From NCBI GenBank assembly GCA_951406725.2, contig OX597817.1, positions 134,354,001-134,418,000 of the forward strand: a DNA stretch of 64,000 nucleotides. Direction: 5' to 3'. Made by a program: the position numbers and the translations under genes. Positions 12,034 through 24,389 of the stretch are shown piece after piece. The notes below the pieces were generated by a model. That model worked only from the letters and a program-made list of their open reading frames with translations. It had not been told where the DNA came from and ran no database searches. How positions within the stretch are numbered: the first letter of the stretch is position 1; each line of letters opens with the position of its first letter. The stretch comes from Octopus vulgaris (lineage: Eukaryota).

Positions 12034-12529
12034 TATCTTTTCCACAGTTTTTGCATTGTAAACCCAGCCCCTCGCTTCTAATCGGTATTTCACCTTAAGT
12101 GGCTTCGTACATTTCATGTATGTAGTTTAATAGCTAAATATTCACTATGCGAAGAGATATAAACCCTATTTTTTTCTGGAGTGATTATGGATTCCTCCTC
12201 ACACAAGAGGGTCTTTTGATCGCACGCTTTAACTTGTTTTGTTTTATGGTCCATTTTTTTGTGGAGGTTGGGCCCTTTTCTACTTTTTCCACTTTTCTTG
12301 CCCGCGAGGTTCTGCCAGATCACTTCCCTACATTTATAGACCCGGATTAAGTGATGCAGCTAAAAGAGTGTTTTTTAAATAGCATCCACTTCCTATAATA
12401 TAAAGTTAAACATGGCGTGGGCCAATACTGGTCGAAACCTATCAAAGTATATATATATATATACTGGCTTAAGGTGACCCGCTCTACGCGCGGGTAAGAG
12501 TGTGGTTGCTACTTTCTGTTACTTCCTTT

Positions 12530-12791
12530 CAGCACGTAAAAAGCACCATCCGAACGTGGCCGCTGCCAGCCCCCCTGGCACCTGTGCCGGCGGCTCGAAA
12601 AAAGCACTCACTACACTCACAGAGTAGTTGGCGTTAGGAATGGCATCCACCTGTAGAAACACTGCCAGATCAGACTGGAGCCTGGTGCAGCCTCCTGGCT
12701 TCCCAGACCCCGGTCAAACTGTCCAACCCGTGCTAGCACGGAAAACGGATGTTAGACAATGATGAGGATGATGATGATGATGATAATGATG
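12530..12791 (+). mobile_element. RTE-associated SINE/LINE fragment with (GAT)n tail
   Basis: GTTGGCGTTAGGAATGGCATCC motif and tail GGAAAACGGATGTTAGACAATGATG(GAT)n. Confidence 0.65.
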
Positions 12792-13590
12792 ATTCTCCCT
12801 CTTTGTTTCTCTCTCCTTTCTCTCTCACTTTCTCACTCTCTTACTTTTCTTTTCTCTCGGACTCTCCCTTGCTTTCTATCTTCATCTATCTCTCTCCCAT
12901 TTATAAACAACAAAAGATCTTGAGTAAGTTGAGAAATAAAATATTTTGAAAGATCACTCATAAATATCAGGCAGTGACAACGGAAAGGTCTGCTACAAGG
13001 CAGACAGCAAAACACTAACATTTAAAAGGGACAGACGAACGTGCAAGCTGAATAAAAATAATAAAATATTGGAAACCAAAGTTTGAAGGGATAGAATCTG
13101 AGGATAGTACAGTCACCATGGCTGGCATTTCTTAACGACGGACAGCAACGTATTGACAGTTTAACTTCTGGCGTAAAATTTTGAATTTGATGTAAAAGAA
13201 AATTCCTAAACACCAAGTTTTGAAGTGATTCTTTCTCACGACAGTAGACTCACCATGGCAAGCATTCAAAACTTCTTCATCATGGACGGCAACACATTGA
13301 CGATTAAAAGGCTGGCGCAAATTTTTTAGCTTGACGTAACAGATTATCCCTAAACACCCGCTCCTTTAAATGTTAATCCCCTTCGAGCCCCATTTAGACC
13401 CCTTTTCATATTTTGGTTAATATAACCCGATTTCATTCGGGTCTACTGGGGCCACATTTTATAAGATGAGGAATTTTGTCCTAGAGGTCACGCCTTTCAT
13501 TTGAGGAAAAAAATAGTTGTCATGCAAACTTGCCAGCACTTTTAACATAGGTGTGCATATTTTCAGCTCAACCGACCACATAATGCACAC

Positions 13591-13673
<83 letters not shown>

Positions 13674-13720
13674 ACGCATTATTTATACAAATGTATACAA
13701 ATAATATATATATATGTATA

Positions 13721-13912
13721 AATTAAATTAGAGATAAAACCACTAATAACCAAATCAAACAGTGAAAAACAAACTAAAATAAAAATATGATATACAAAAT
13801 ATATAAAATATAAAATTGAAAAGTTTAAATTATTTAAATTTAAAATAAAAATTATTTATATTTATATTTTTTTTTAATATATATAACTATCAAAAAGTAT
13901 TAAAAAGTTTAA
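13721..13912 (+). repeat. AT-rich dispersed repeat, second copy
   Basis: Ends homologous to 2683-3010. Confidence 0.75.
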
Positions 13913-13976
13913 TATACATAAATACAGATATATACACTTTGTATATATACATTATATATACATATTTATATACAGA

Positions 13977-14009
<33 letters not shown>

Positions 14010-14694
14010 AAAATTAACCCAATAAATATCTGATTCATAATATTTGTTCTCATGATTGTGTGGTGGTTGTAGCGATGATAATTCTGTCTATGAATGCAGA
14101 CAGACGTAGAGGGAGAGAGTGTGAAAGCGCTGTCGAATGCGGGGAAGGGGGAGAGATATAGAACGCCGTTTGAGGACGTTATAAAGAGAAAGTGAAGGGG
14201 AGTTAGACGCTGTTAGACGACGTTATATATAGGAAGTGATGGGAAGGGAGGAAAGAGAATGAGTGACGGAGCAATACAGATACATAAAAGAATGAGAGTC
14301 GACTTGTCTAAGTGCGTTTTTGGCCCTAGCAACGACACCTTTTAAGATGAGGATTTCTAAACTAGCCCACTGGCATTGTCACCTCATTTTACATGTTCCT
14401 GTAAATTTTGGAGTCAATCCGACGGGATCTAGTAGACTTTAACCCGTTCTCAATGCTAAAACCAGACAAACAAACTTTTCGCTTTTCAGTTTTATAAATA
14501 GAGATATATCGTTCCTATTATGCGACAGTTTCGTTGAGTTCAAAATGTTGCTTTTTCGGAAAACGAAAAAAATAATTTCACCGTTCCATAGCAAAACCGA
14601 TGTACTACACTTTTGACGATTTTTGACATCTTGCATCTGAAGCAGCTAGAGATACGAAAGTTTGACCAAAAGAACCGGTTATTGCAAGATGCAT

Positions 14695-15072
14695 TTGGCT
14701 GTGTGGTAAGACACTCCCTCCTCAACAACATGCATGGGTTCCGGGTTCAGTCCCACTGCGTAACACCTTGCGGAAGTGTACCCTACTATGGCTTCGGACT
14801 GACCAAATCATTGTGAGTGAATTTGGTAGGCGGGAACGGAAAGAAGTCCTTCGTTTATATGTACATGTGTGTGTGTGTGTGTGTGTGTGTCTGCATTTGT
14901 CCCCTACCATCGCTTGACAACGGGGTTCGTGTATTTACCGGGTTGGTGTCATAGTGGTTTGGCAAAACAGTCAGATGTAATAAGTACTAGGCTTCCCAAA
15001 TTCTTCAACTAAAAACTCTCTTAGAATGGTGATCCAGCATGTCTACAGTCAAATGAGTGAAACCAGCAAGTG
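14695..15072 (+). mobile_element. SINE family A, diverged full-length copy
   Basis: Head, internal (TG)n and tail are all recognisable. Confidence 0.8.
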
Positions 15073-15082
15073 AATATATGAA

Positions 15083-15411
15083 TGGCTCAGTGGTTAGAGC
15101 GTCGAGCTTACGATCGTGAGGTTGTGAGCTCGAATCCCGGACCGGGCTGCGTGTTGTGTTCTTGAGCAAGGCACTTTATTTCACGTTGCTCCAGTTCACT
15201 CAGCTGTAGAAATGAGTTGCGACGTCACTGGTGCCAAGCTGTATCGACCTTTGTCTTTCCCTTGGATAACACTGGTGGCGTGGAGAGAGGAGGCTGGTAT
15301 GCATGGGCGACTGCTGGTCTTCCATAAACAACCTTGCCCGGACTTGTGTCTAGGAGGGTAACTTTCTAGGTGCAATCCCATGGTCATTCATGACCGAAGG
15401 GGGTCTTTACC

Positions 15412-15414
<3 letters not shown>
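15083..15414 (+). mobile_element. tRNA-derived SINE family C
   Basis: TGGCTCAGTGG A-box, GCTCGAATCCC B-box, TTGAGCAAGGCACTT core, TTTACCCTTT tail followed by (TA)n. Confidence 0.85.
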
Positions 15415-15470
<56 letters not shown>

Positions 15471-15477
<7 letters not shown>

Positions 15478-15682
15478 GAATTTCAAAACAAAAATCAAAA
15501 CACAAGACGAAAACGAGAGTGTAAACAACAAACAGATGTATTAGTTTAACGCTCGGGACGTGAAAAGGTCTTTAACGTTTCGAGCCTACGCTCTTCGACA
15601 GAAAGGAACACAGAAATAAACAGGGAGAGAAAATAGAAAAAGGTTTAGTGACTGGCGATCAATCATAGCGAATGCCGGGCCT
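15471..15682 (-). mobile_element. ~200-bp TA-embedded hammerhead cassette
   Basis: Homologous to 7898-8096; contains the motif at 15570-15605. Confidence 0.7.
15570..15605 (-). ncRNA. Minimal type I hammerhead-like motif (A6U core variant)
   Basis: CTTT-CTGTCGA-A-GAGC(GTAG)GCTC-GAAA-CG-TT-AAAG. Confidence 0.6.
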
Positions 15683-15716
15683 TATATAAACCCACACATA
15701 CATCCGTGTATGTATG

Positions 15717-15785
<69 letters not shown>

Positions 15786-16127
15786 ATGTATATAAAGGTT
15801 TGGTTTTATGACAATTTACGTATAAATTGACATTAAAATGCATTTTAGTCAAGTGCATGTTTATTAATTCTACTTCTCTAAAATAATGGAAACCCCATTA
15901 GACTACGTCCATACTGGGGCACCGCCTTGAAGTATTTTTAGTCGAATCAATGTAGATGTAAACACACCAACACCGTCTGAAAAACGGTGGTGCAGCACAA
16001 ACACAGAGTCAAAGACGCACATATATATTGAACTGTTTTTTTTTTTTACTGGTAACATAAGTTCAGGTAAAATGCCGCGAAGCATTTTGTCCCGCGTGCT
16101 AACATTTCTGCATTTTTGTTGCTTTAT

Positions 16128-16164
<37 letters not shown>

Positions 16165-16167
16165 TAA

Positions 16168-16380
16168 CCTTTCTATTATAGACACAAGGATTGAAATTTT
16201 GGAGGAGGAGTCAGTTCGATTACATCGATCCCAGATATCAACTGGTACTTATAATATCGAGCCCGAAAGGATGAAAGGCAAAATCGACCTCGGCGGAACT
16301 TGAACTTAGAACGTAGCGACGGGCGAAATATCGCTAAGCATTTCCGTCCAGCATGCTAACAATTCTGCCAGCTTACTGCC
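16168..16380 (-). mobile_element. SINE family B in (TAA)n
   Basis: Reverse-complement homology to 5688-5850; (TAA)n on both sides. Confidence 0.85.
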
Positions 16381-16423
<43 letters not shown>

Positions 16424-16425
16424 TA

Positions 16426-16604
16426 ATTTCAAAGGCAGCAACTTTGGTGGAGGGAATGAGTCGATTACATCGAACCCAGTGTTCAACTGGTACTTATTTT
16501 ATCGACCCCTGAACGATAAAAGGTAAAGTCGACCTCGGCGGAATTTGAACTCAGAAGGCAGCGACGAGTGAAATACCGCTAAGTATTTCTTCCAGCTCAC
16601 CGCC
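16426..16604 (-). mobile_element. SINE family B in (TAA)n
   Basis: GTCGACCTCGGCGGAATTTGAACTCAG core. Confidence 0.85.
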
Positions 16605-16620
16605 TTATTATTATTATTAT

Positions 16621-16684
<64 letters not shown>

Positions 16685-16694
16685 GGTGGTGGTG

Positions 16695-16736
<42 letters not shown>

Positions 16737-16756
16737 TTGGTGGTGGTGGTGGTGGT
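16605..16756. repeat. Compound trinucleotide tract (TTA)n(GTA)n(GTG)n(GTA)n(GTG)n
   Basis: Directly visible. Confidence 0.95.
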
Positions 16757-17314
16757 GAACGTAGTGTCGTGCTGCGCTTGTGTTGGAAAGCAATGTTGCA
16801 AGATGTTGAGAGAAAGAATGAGCATGAAGAGTGAACGAGAAAACTGTGATGAGAGTAAAGAGGCGGCACTTTACGACTTGGGAGAAATAAACAGAAAATA
16901 ACAGAAAATACAAGGGTAAAAAAATTACAAGTAAGTAACGACATGAAATTGCGAGCGTTGCGTGAAAAGATGCTGGAGTATTTTAACACGGTTGATAGGA
17001 AACAAAGTCCAATGATTTGATGTCATATTGGTTAAATGCTATAGAAATATTGCAGAATAGATGGGAGAAGGTGTCTTTGAACATAGCATCAAAGTATTTG
17101 AGAAGTTAATGCTGGAAATAATGATGCTTGCGAACATTAACAACGCAATGCCTAGTTAGCTAAATTTAGATAGAAAAATAATAGAAGATGGAATTTAAGA
17201 AAACAGAGAAAAATAACGAGCAATTGTTACATGTGTTCTGTGTTGTGAACCTTATAACGAGAACACTGCAGAGGTATGTGGTCTGTGTATTACGGTTTCA
17301 TCATGCGTCTCGAA

Positions 17315-17647
17315 TACACACGCATGCTCACATACGCATATACTTGCATACATACACATACCTACAAACGACTATACGTATATATGCATATATATACATA
17401 TACATACATATGCATACATACACACACATATATATATACATACATATATATATACATATACATACATATACATACATACACACACATATATATATACATA
17501 CATATATATATACATATACATACATATACATACATACACATATATACATACATATATATATATACATATACATACATACATACACATATATACATAAGTA
17601 TATATATATATATACACATACATATATATGCATACATACATACATAC

Positions 17648-17721
<74 letters not shown>

Positions 17722-17975
17722 ACACATACGTATATATATATACACATACGTATATATATACACACATACGTATATATATACACATACGTATATATATACA
17801 CATACGTATATATATATACATACGTATATATATACACATACGTATATATATATACATACGTATATATATATACATACGTATATATATATACATACGTATA
17901 TATATATACATACGTATATATATATACATACGTATATATATATACATACGTATATATATATACATACGTATATAC

Positions 17976-18008
<33 letters not shown>

Positions 18009-18164
18009 CATATATATTCATATACATACGTATATACATATACATACGTATATACATATATATACATACATCTATATACATACATATATATACATAAGTA
18101 TATATATATATATACATATATATGCACACACATATATACATACATATATAGACACATCTATATC

Positions 18165-18196
<32 letters not shown>

Positions 18197-18200
18197 TATG

Positions 18201-18246
<46 letters not shown>

Positions 18247-18325
18247 ACTAGAAACGCAGATATTTACACACACACATACATACATACATACATACACACA
18301 TACATGCATACATACACACGTGTGC
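17315..18325. repeat. ~1-kb TA/CA compound microsatellite with a 16-18-bp ACATACGTATATATAT(AT) higher-order unit
   Basis: Directly visible; unit array at ~17720-17975. Confidence 0.95.
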
Positions 18326-18815
18326 ATCTATTTGTATGTATATTTGTTGATCAAACGCATGAAAGTGCGCATCAGCTCCAGTTTGAATTGTAACCGTTTA
18401 ATAACAGTTTGAATTCGAAACATATTATTTAAGGTTTCGTGAGAACAGAAAACGGTCACAGCTTCAAATATTCGGAGTCAAAATAGATACAATTTAAAAG
18501 AAATTTTCAAATGCAATCTAGATGAAAGGATGAAGGCGTCGTTTGGTAAGTTCATGTCACGCGAGCGCTTCTGCTAGACATCCATATAATTATATATATA
18601 CATATATATAAACACACACACACACACATACATACACATATATATATTTATATATATACATACTTTTTTTATAAAATACATACGTACATACACGTGTTTT
18701 CACGTTGTGAAGAAATTATGTTGCATGCCATTTGATATTTGATACATACGTTTTTTGTATATTGCCCATATACATACTACCTATCACCTTGAATTATTTG
18801 TTTTAGTTTATATAC

Positions 18816-18862
<47 letters not shown>

Positions 18863-19042
18863 TAACATCCAAAGATATAAGCGTAGGAAGTTTATAAGCT
18901 TTGAGCTCACCTTGGTAAGTATAAAGAACAATTTTCAAGTACAATAATAATTTTTGGGCATAGAAGTTTGTAGGCTTTTCCCATATCGAAGTTCGCTAAG
19001 CTGAGAAGATATTTGTAACCTTCATAAATTTAAGGTATCTTC

Positions 19043-19123
19043 GACCTGATAAGTAGGCAGCTGAGTACCTCGTTGAGTAATTATTACATGAGAGGATCTA
19101 CTAGCTACGAAACATATGTAGCT
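19043..19123 (+). ncRNA. Decayed type I hammerhead-like motif (G8A)
   Basis: CTGATAA-GTAG...CTAC-GAAA-CATATG-TA within a ~290-bp cassette (18859-19152) between (TA)n tracts; stem I is weak. Confidence 0.5.
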
Positions 19124-19153
19124 TCAATTTTACTTCCCATCCTTCAATTTGGT

Positions 19154-19186
<33 letters not shown>

Positions 19187-20924
19187 GGAGAAAGAGGCAA
19201 TAGAGGGCATTAAAATGTTCGGACAGATAGACGATACAAAGGCGGACAAGAGAAACAACAATTAGAAGGACCGGCAAAAAAGACGCGTCATTTGTGGTTT
19301 TCTTTCCTCAGTCAAGTTCCAGAAGTCATGACCATTTCGGGCAGTTACACTTCAGATGGTTCGATCTGGTTGCCCCCCCCCCCCAATCTAAGGTAAGAGC
19401 ATTAGAATATGTGCGACAAGAAAGACAAAACAAACAAACAAACAAAATAAAAACAAAAAACGGAGAACATGGTACACAATTACGAATACAAACAACAAGA
19501 AATAACAACAGGTATCTTTCGACTGAGAATGAATCCAATTGAGCTGGCGTGTATGAAGTGAAAACCTGAAGGCAGGAACATAGGAGATGGACACAAGAGG
19601 TGTTGGCGGTATAATAGAGATCGAAGCAGTATTAATAGGAAAATGCAATCTTCATCACCAACGTAACGTGGACTTTGGGTTGGGGCACATAATTCTGCGT
19701 TATTTACATTGAGAGGACGTCTCATATGGACTTGTGGTGCACAACACTTGTTTTTATATCATTGGCAGAAGAGGACCGTCGGAACTGTCGGATTAAGTGG
19801 TTTTGCTGTTTAGTCTCTTCAATGAAATACATCCAGTAGCCACACAAAGCAGCCAAACCTCTGCGTCTGTTGCTAATATCTTTTTAATAATCTCCCTGAC
19901 ATCAGTTCCTAAATAGACCCCGATGTTCTATATGTCGTTGATGGGACAGTAAAGAAATGTGTGTGTGTGTGTGTGTGAGTTGGAAGAAGCAATTTTAAGA
20001 ACATAGGTATTAATATTAATAATATATATTTAATGAATTCATAATTGAATATATATTTCTTACATTTAGAAACTTTTTCACGGGTAAATCTTAAGTCTGA
20101 AGGGCTGCAAATACGGATGTAAAAATACAGTGAAAACATGAAACTGCGTTTAGAATGTTTGTTTTACGATCGTAATACATGTTTATTTTCTGGATTGAGC
20201 GGCGTGTTGTATTTTTGAGCAAGGCATTTCATTTCACTCTACCCCAGACAACTCATCTGAAAATGTATACGAACTAGCTTACCTCCCCCCTCTTCCTCTC
20301 ATTCTCGATGTACCTCTGTCACAAGGGGTGTCGAAAGGATGTATATATCTATTCACAAAATAACTTTATATGAATGCAATTAGCTTTCATTTTATAGTAT
20401 TTCTATGATTTGAAATTTTATTTTTATCTATATATATATATCAGTAATTAAATAAATACTGTTAGAATATTATACACTGAATTCATAATGAGTGCTCTTT
20501 GCATAAAATGTCAAAAATATTAATACTATAAAGTATTTAGACATTAATACGAGCGATTATATATACTGTATTTTGAAATGATAATAGCATCAAATTGAAT
20601 ACCAAAAAAAAATTTCACAAAGATAGTTATGTCTGAAATAGTATTGTATTAAAAATATATGTAAATATATGAAGCATGACAGCTTAAAAATTTGTTAATG
20701 CATCTTACGATCGTTTCATGAAAGTATTGTCGTTATAATGCAATCCATTGTTGATAAACATTGATAGACAATGATGGAGAAAATAATTATTTTTATAGTA
20801 AATCGAATGTTGTTTTAAAGTTAGGAAAATATATGAGAAAGTATTTTGAAAATAGTTTAAGATGTACTGGTTTAGATTTATGCTGGTCGACTTTAGTAAG
20901 AAACTTTCGACTTTGTATGTATGC

Positions 20925-20966
<42 letters not shown>

Positions 20967-20969
<3 letters not shown>

Positions 20970-21427
20970 TAATGAGGGAGATAAATTAATATTAATTTTA
21001 ATATCAATTTAAAACCAGTAGTCCAGCATTCAAAAAATCTGAGAAGTCAGAGAAAATTCTAATATATGTGTATATAGGCAGGGCTGGCCTGCTAGGTAGC
21101 CGGCCGAATGCTAGAAAGAGATCATCAACGATCAAACTACAAGGGAAATTCTCAGAGAGCTGGGGTTAGTTTTACAGTTTGCATCTCGATGACCGAATGT
21201 ACTGATGAAGTCACGGACATTTGAATTATGTAAGTAATTCTTTTGTTAAAGACCGAAACCGAGGTATGCATTTAAGTCTGTTTTTTATTTAAATTTTCAT
21301 ATGTCCTGCCCGCCAAATTTGGTTCTGGTGTTCGCTGAATTCTTCCTCTAGAGAATTTCCCTTGTAGTTTGATCGTTGATGATCTCTTTCTAGCATTCGG
21401 CCGGCTACCTAGCAGGCCAGCCCTGCC

Positions 21428-21435
<8 letters not shown>
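20967..21435. mobile_element. Fold-back element with hammerhead in the loop
   Basis: Perfect 85-bp arms 21069-21153 and 21351-21435, left extension 20967-21068, (TA)n on both sides. Confidence 0.85.
21195..21273 (+). ncRNA. Type I hammerhead ribozyme
   Basis: GAATGTA-CTGATGA-AGTC...GACC-GAAA-CCGAGG-TA-TGCATTT; intact core, 7-bp stem I with wobbles, A-C mismatch at the base of stem II. Confidence 0.7.
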
Positions 21436-21477
<42 letters not shown>

Positions 21478-22345
21478 TGACTGGAGATTGCTCGACATTT
21501 TAAAACTGATGTAATACTTACAGTGTTTAATAAAATGAAGTAGCATGGAACGATTGTACTACTCTAACTTGGATATACTTGTTGCTTATTTTGAATTATA
21601 TATATATATATATGTTAAATTCATCCATGACAATTTTGTTTCATTTTTATCTATTTTCAACATAGCTGTATGCCTCCGGAATTCGGAACCGTGCCGTTGG
21701 GATGCAACCAGGCACACATCGCACATACTCACACATCGTTTTTTCATATACTGGACTCTATATTTCCTCGTCAACATAAATATTACTCTATCTTTATTAA
21801 ATCTACCCTGACGCTATCCTATTCCACCCAACTTCGTGCTTATCATAGCAGTCTCTAATAAACAAAAGCTTTCTCTCTACTATCAAATCTCACACTATAA
21901 CAACTCTGAATACACAAGCGCCCAACGTACACACAGCTCCATCGTTGAACCCCATACGTTAGACCACAACCATAACCCAACCTATCCTACTAATACTACC
22001 TATCGTACTAATACTACCACAACTTCCACCACCGTTAATTATAGAATAATTAACAACGATAGCAATTATAACGATAATAGTAATAATAATACAAACAAGT
22101 TAGACCTTCCTACCCCATCTAGAACATCTCCTGGGTCCATCTGCCTCGAGAAACCCACTGTAGAAGATCAATGTAATTTATAAATGCACCGTCCTCAACA
22201 CATTACACAGTTATACAGCTATATATATATATATATAGAATCTACCATATATTTAAACTACGATACGTCGCTCATCTCAATTCTTTTAGATAAGAGAAAC
22301 ACATCCACTTGTTTTCAAAAATAGAAATATTAATGTTTCTAAATC

Positions 22346-22477
22346 TCGAAGGTTGTAATGGACACAGGTATATGTATCACAAAGCTAGATAGAGGCGATG
22401 GCCTCTTGGAGCTAATCAACGGCAGCATTCGTCCTATTTTCCTGGACTGCGATGTTAGCTTGGCGATAACTATTAAT
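22346..22477 (+). repeat. Diverged single-arm homolog of the 8184-8481 hairpin
   Basis: Shares CGAAGGTTRTAATGGA, AGGCGATGGCCTCWTGGAGCTAATCARCGGCAGCATT and TGGCGATAAC blocks. Confidence 0.8.
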
Positions 22478-23312
22478 GTATGTATTGTTATGTATGTATA
22501 TATACATGTATGTAATACATATTTATATGTGTGTAAATATACATGTATGTAATACATATTTATATGTATATATTTATATGTGTGTGTGTATATATACGAA
22601 GGAATATTATTCCAAACTTACAGGGAAAAATTCAATTTAGAATTACTAAATCAAATTTCACAAAATATAATATGGGGACAAACACACACACACACATATA
22701 TATATTAACATTTTGATAGGTTTCTGCCAGTATTGGCTCTGGCCGAGTCTGTATAAACTCACTTAACCTAATGAAAATATACAGCCTAATGGTGTATGAT
22801 TTTCCGTGACGAAATGTTGGTAATATTCAAAGTAATTCTGTGCTACCAACTGTATATTTAACGTCATACAGCAAATATTATAAAAGTCATTTCGTAAGTT
22901 AGAGATACCACAGTGCACTTATGGACTTCCACAGTATATACGTCATCCTTTGCATTGCATTCATATTGTAAACGTTAACCAATTTACAATATATCTTATA
23001 TATAAAACTCGCAGTATATTTCAATTCTAAATTAATTATGTGTGAGTGTGTTTACGTTTCAATAATACGTGAATTGCGCGTAGTATTGCTGTGTTTGAGA
23101 TAATGACGTAGGATATGCTTCTTGTATCCAATATCAAACCAACATATAACAAAGCAACGAATTGATTTATATTTTAGCTTCACTTATATTTGAGTATTTC
23201 TGCGTGTTTTTATGTCATGATGTCAGTATGTTTATGGATATTGGTATAGACTATGGATTTTATGACTTCTGTTTCAAAACTGCTTCTTTCTGAGAAAAAT
23301 ACACGTACTGTG

Positions 23313-23351
<39 letters not shown>

Positions 23352-23431
23352 TGATCAGTGAATAAACCTCACTGAAAATTTATATATTTACGGAGGTTTT
23401 AGAAGCATCTTCAGCTTGCAGGCCATGCTAC

Positions 23432-23477
23432 TCCAGACTGACGATGAGCAAGACTCAGAAACATGCATGTCTCTGGA
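23432..23477 (+). ncRNA. Canonical type I hammerhead ribozyme
   Basis: TCCAGA-CTGACGA-TGAG(CAAGA)CTCA-GAAA-CATGCATG-TC-TCTGGA: 6-bp stem I, intact core, 4-bp stem II, palindromic stem III, GUC triplet. Confidence 0.9.
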
Positions 23478-23635
23478 TGCAGGCCTAGCTGTTGGGGGTG
23501 CTTGTCTCCGCTTCGTAAACATAAGCACACAGGAAATGTGTCAAAGCCGACAGGAAGCGTCTATGCTTCCTAGGGCTAAATAACGGTGAGTGATTCCCGT
23601 TACGGGACTGTCACGTTAAGTTGACAGTATACAAC

Positions 23636-23712
<77 letters not shown>

Positions 23713-23734
23713 CATACATGTGTGTGTGTTTGTG

Positions 23735-24035
23735 GAGGCGCGTGTCCTTGTGGTCAGTGTGTTGAACTTACGGGACCACATCGTGTGTGCAATTCCCGAA
23801 CCGAGGTGCCTGTTGCGCTCTTGGGTCAAACACTTCATTCCATATTTATATGTATATATTTACACTAAACTGTAAATGGGTGACTCTGCAACGGTCTAGC
23901 CTTCCGATTCGAGGGAATGTTGGCATGCTGGCCTAGCCAGCGGGGTGGCATTATTCGAAAGCTAAAATGATGGAAAGAGCATTGTAACCAGCGATGTACA
24001 ATAATATCCGTTTGTCTGCTGGATCAGTGATCACG
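23735..24035 (+). mobile_element. Diverged tRNA-derived SINE
   Basis: GAGGCGCGTG...GTGGTCAGTGTG head and CTTGGGTCAAACACTTCATT core resembling families C and D. Confidence 0.55.
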
Positions 24036-24055
24036 TAATATATATATATATCTCG

Positions 24056-24257
24056 TACTCTTTTATTTGTTTCAGTCATTTGACTGTGCCCATGCTGGAG
24101 CACCGCCTTTAGTCGAGCAAATCGACCCCAGGACTTATTCTTTGTAAGCCTAGTACTTATTCTATCTGTCTCTTTTGCCGAACCGTTAAGTTACGGGGAC
24201 GTAAACACACCAGCATCGGTTGTCAAGCGATGTTGGGGGGACAAACACAGACACATA

Positions 24258-24323
<66 letters not shown>

Positions 24324-24389
24324 GATACATACATTATATACGACGGGCTTCTTTAAGTTTCCGTCTACCTAATCCACTCACAAGGCTTT
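24056..24389 (-). mobile_element. SINE family A, 5'-truncated
   Basis: High identity to 3068-3365. Confidence 0.9.

Larger units (their letters stand above)
12462..14505 (+). mobile_element. Probable non-autonomous Helitron/Helentron-like element with nested insertions
   Basis: 5' TACTGG...ACCCGCTCTACGCGCGGGT subterminal hairpin; 3' CAGACAAACAAACTTTTCGCTTTT...TATAAATAGAGAT terminus; internal ~137-bp tandem duplication (13113-13357). Confidence 0.55.

Noticed and set aside
15083-15145. Apparent tRNA gene
   Set aside because: A and B boxes are present, but there is no complete cloverleaf and it continues into a SINE body.
21612-22220. Possible Penelope ORF N-terminus in a TA-flanked block
   Set aside because: No RT or GIY-YIG motif is recognisable; the frames are short and low-complexity.
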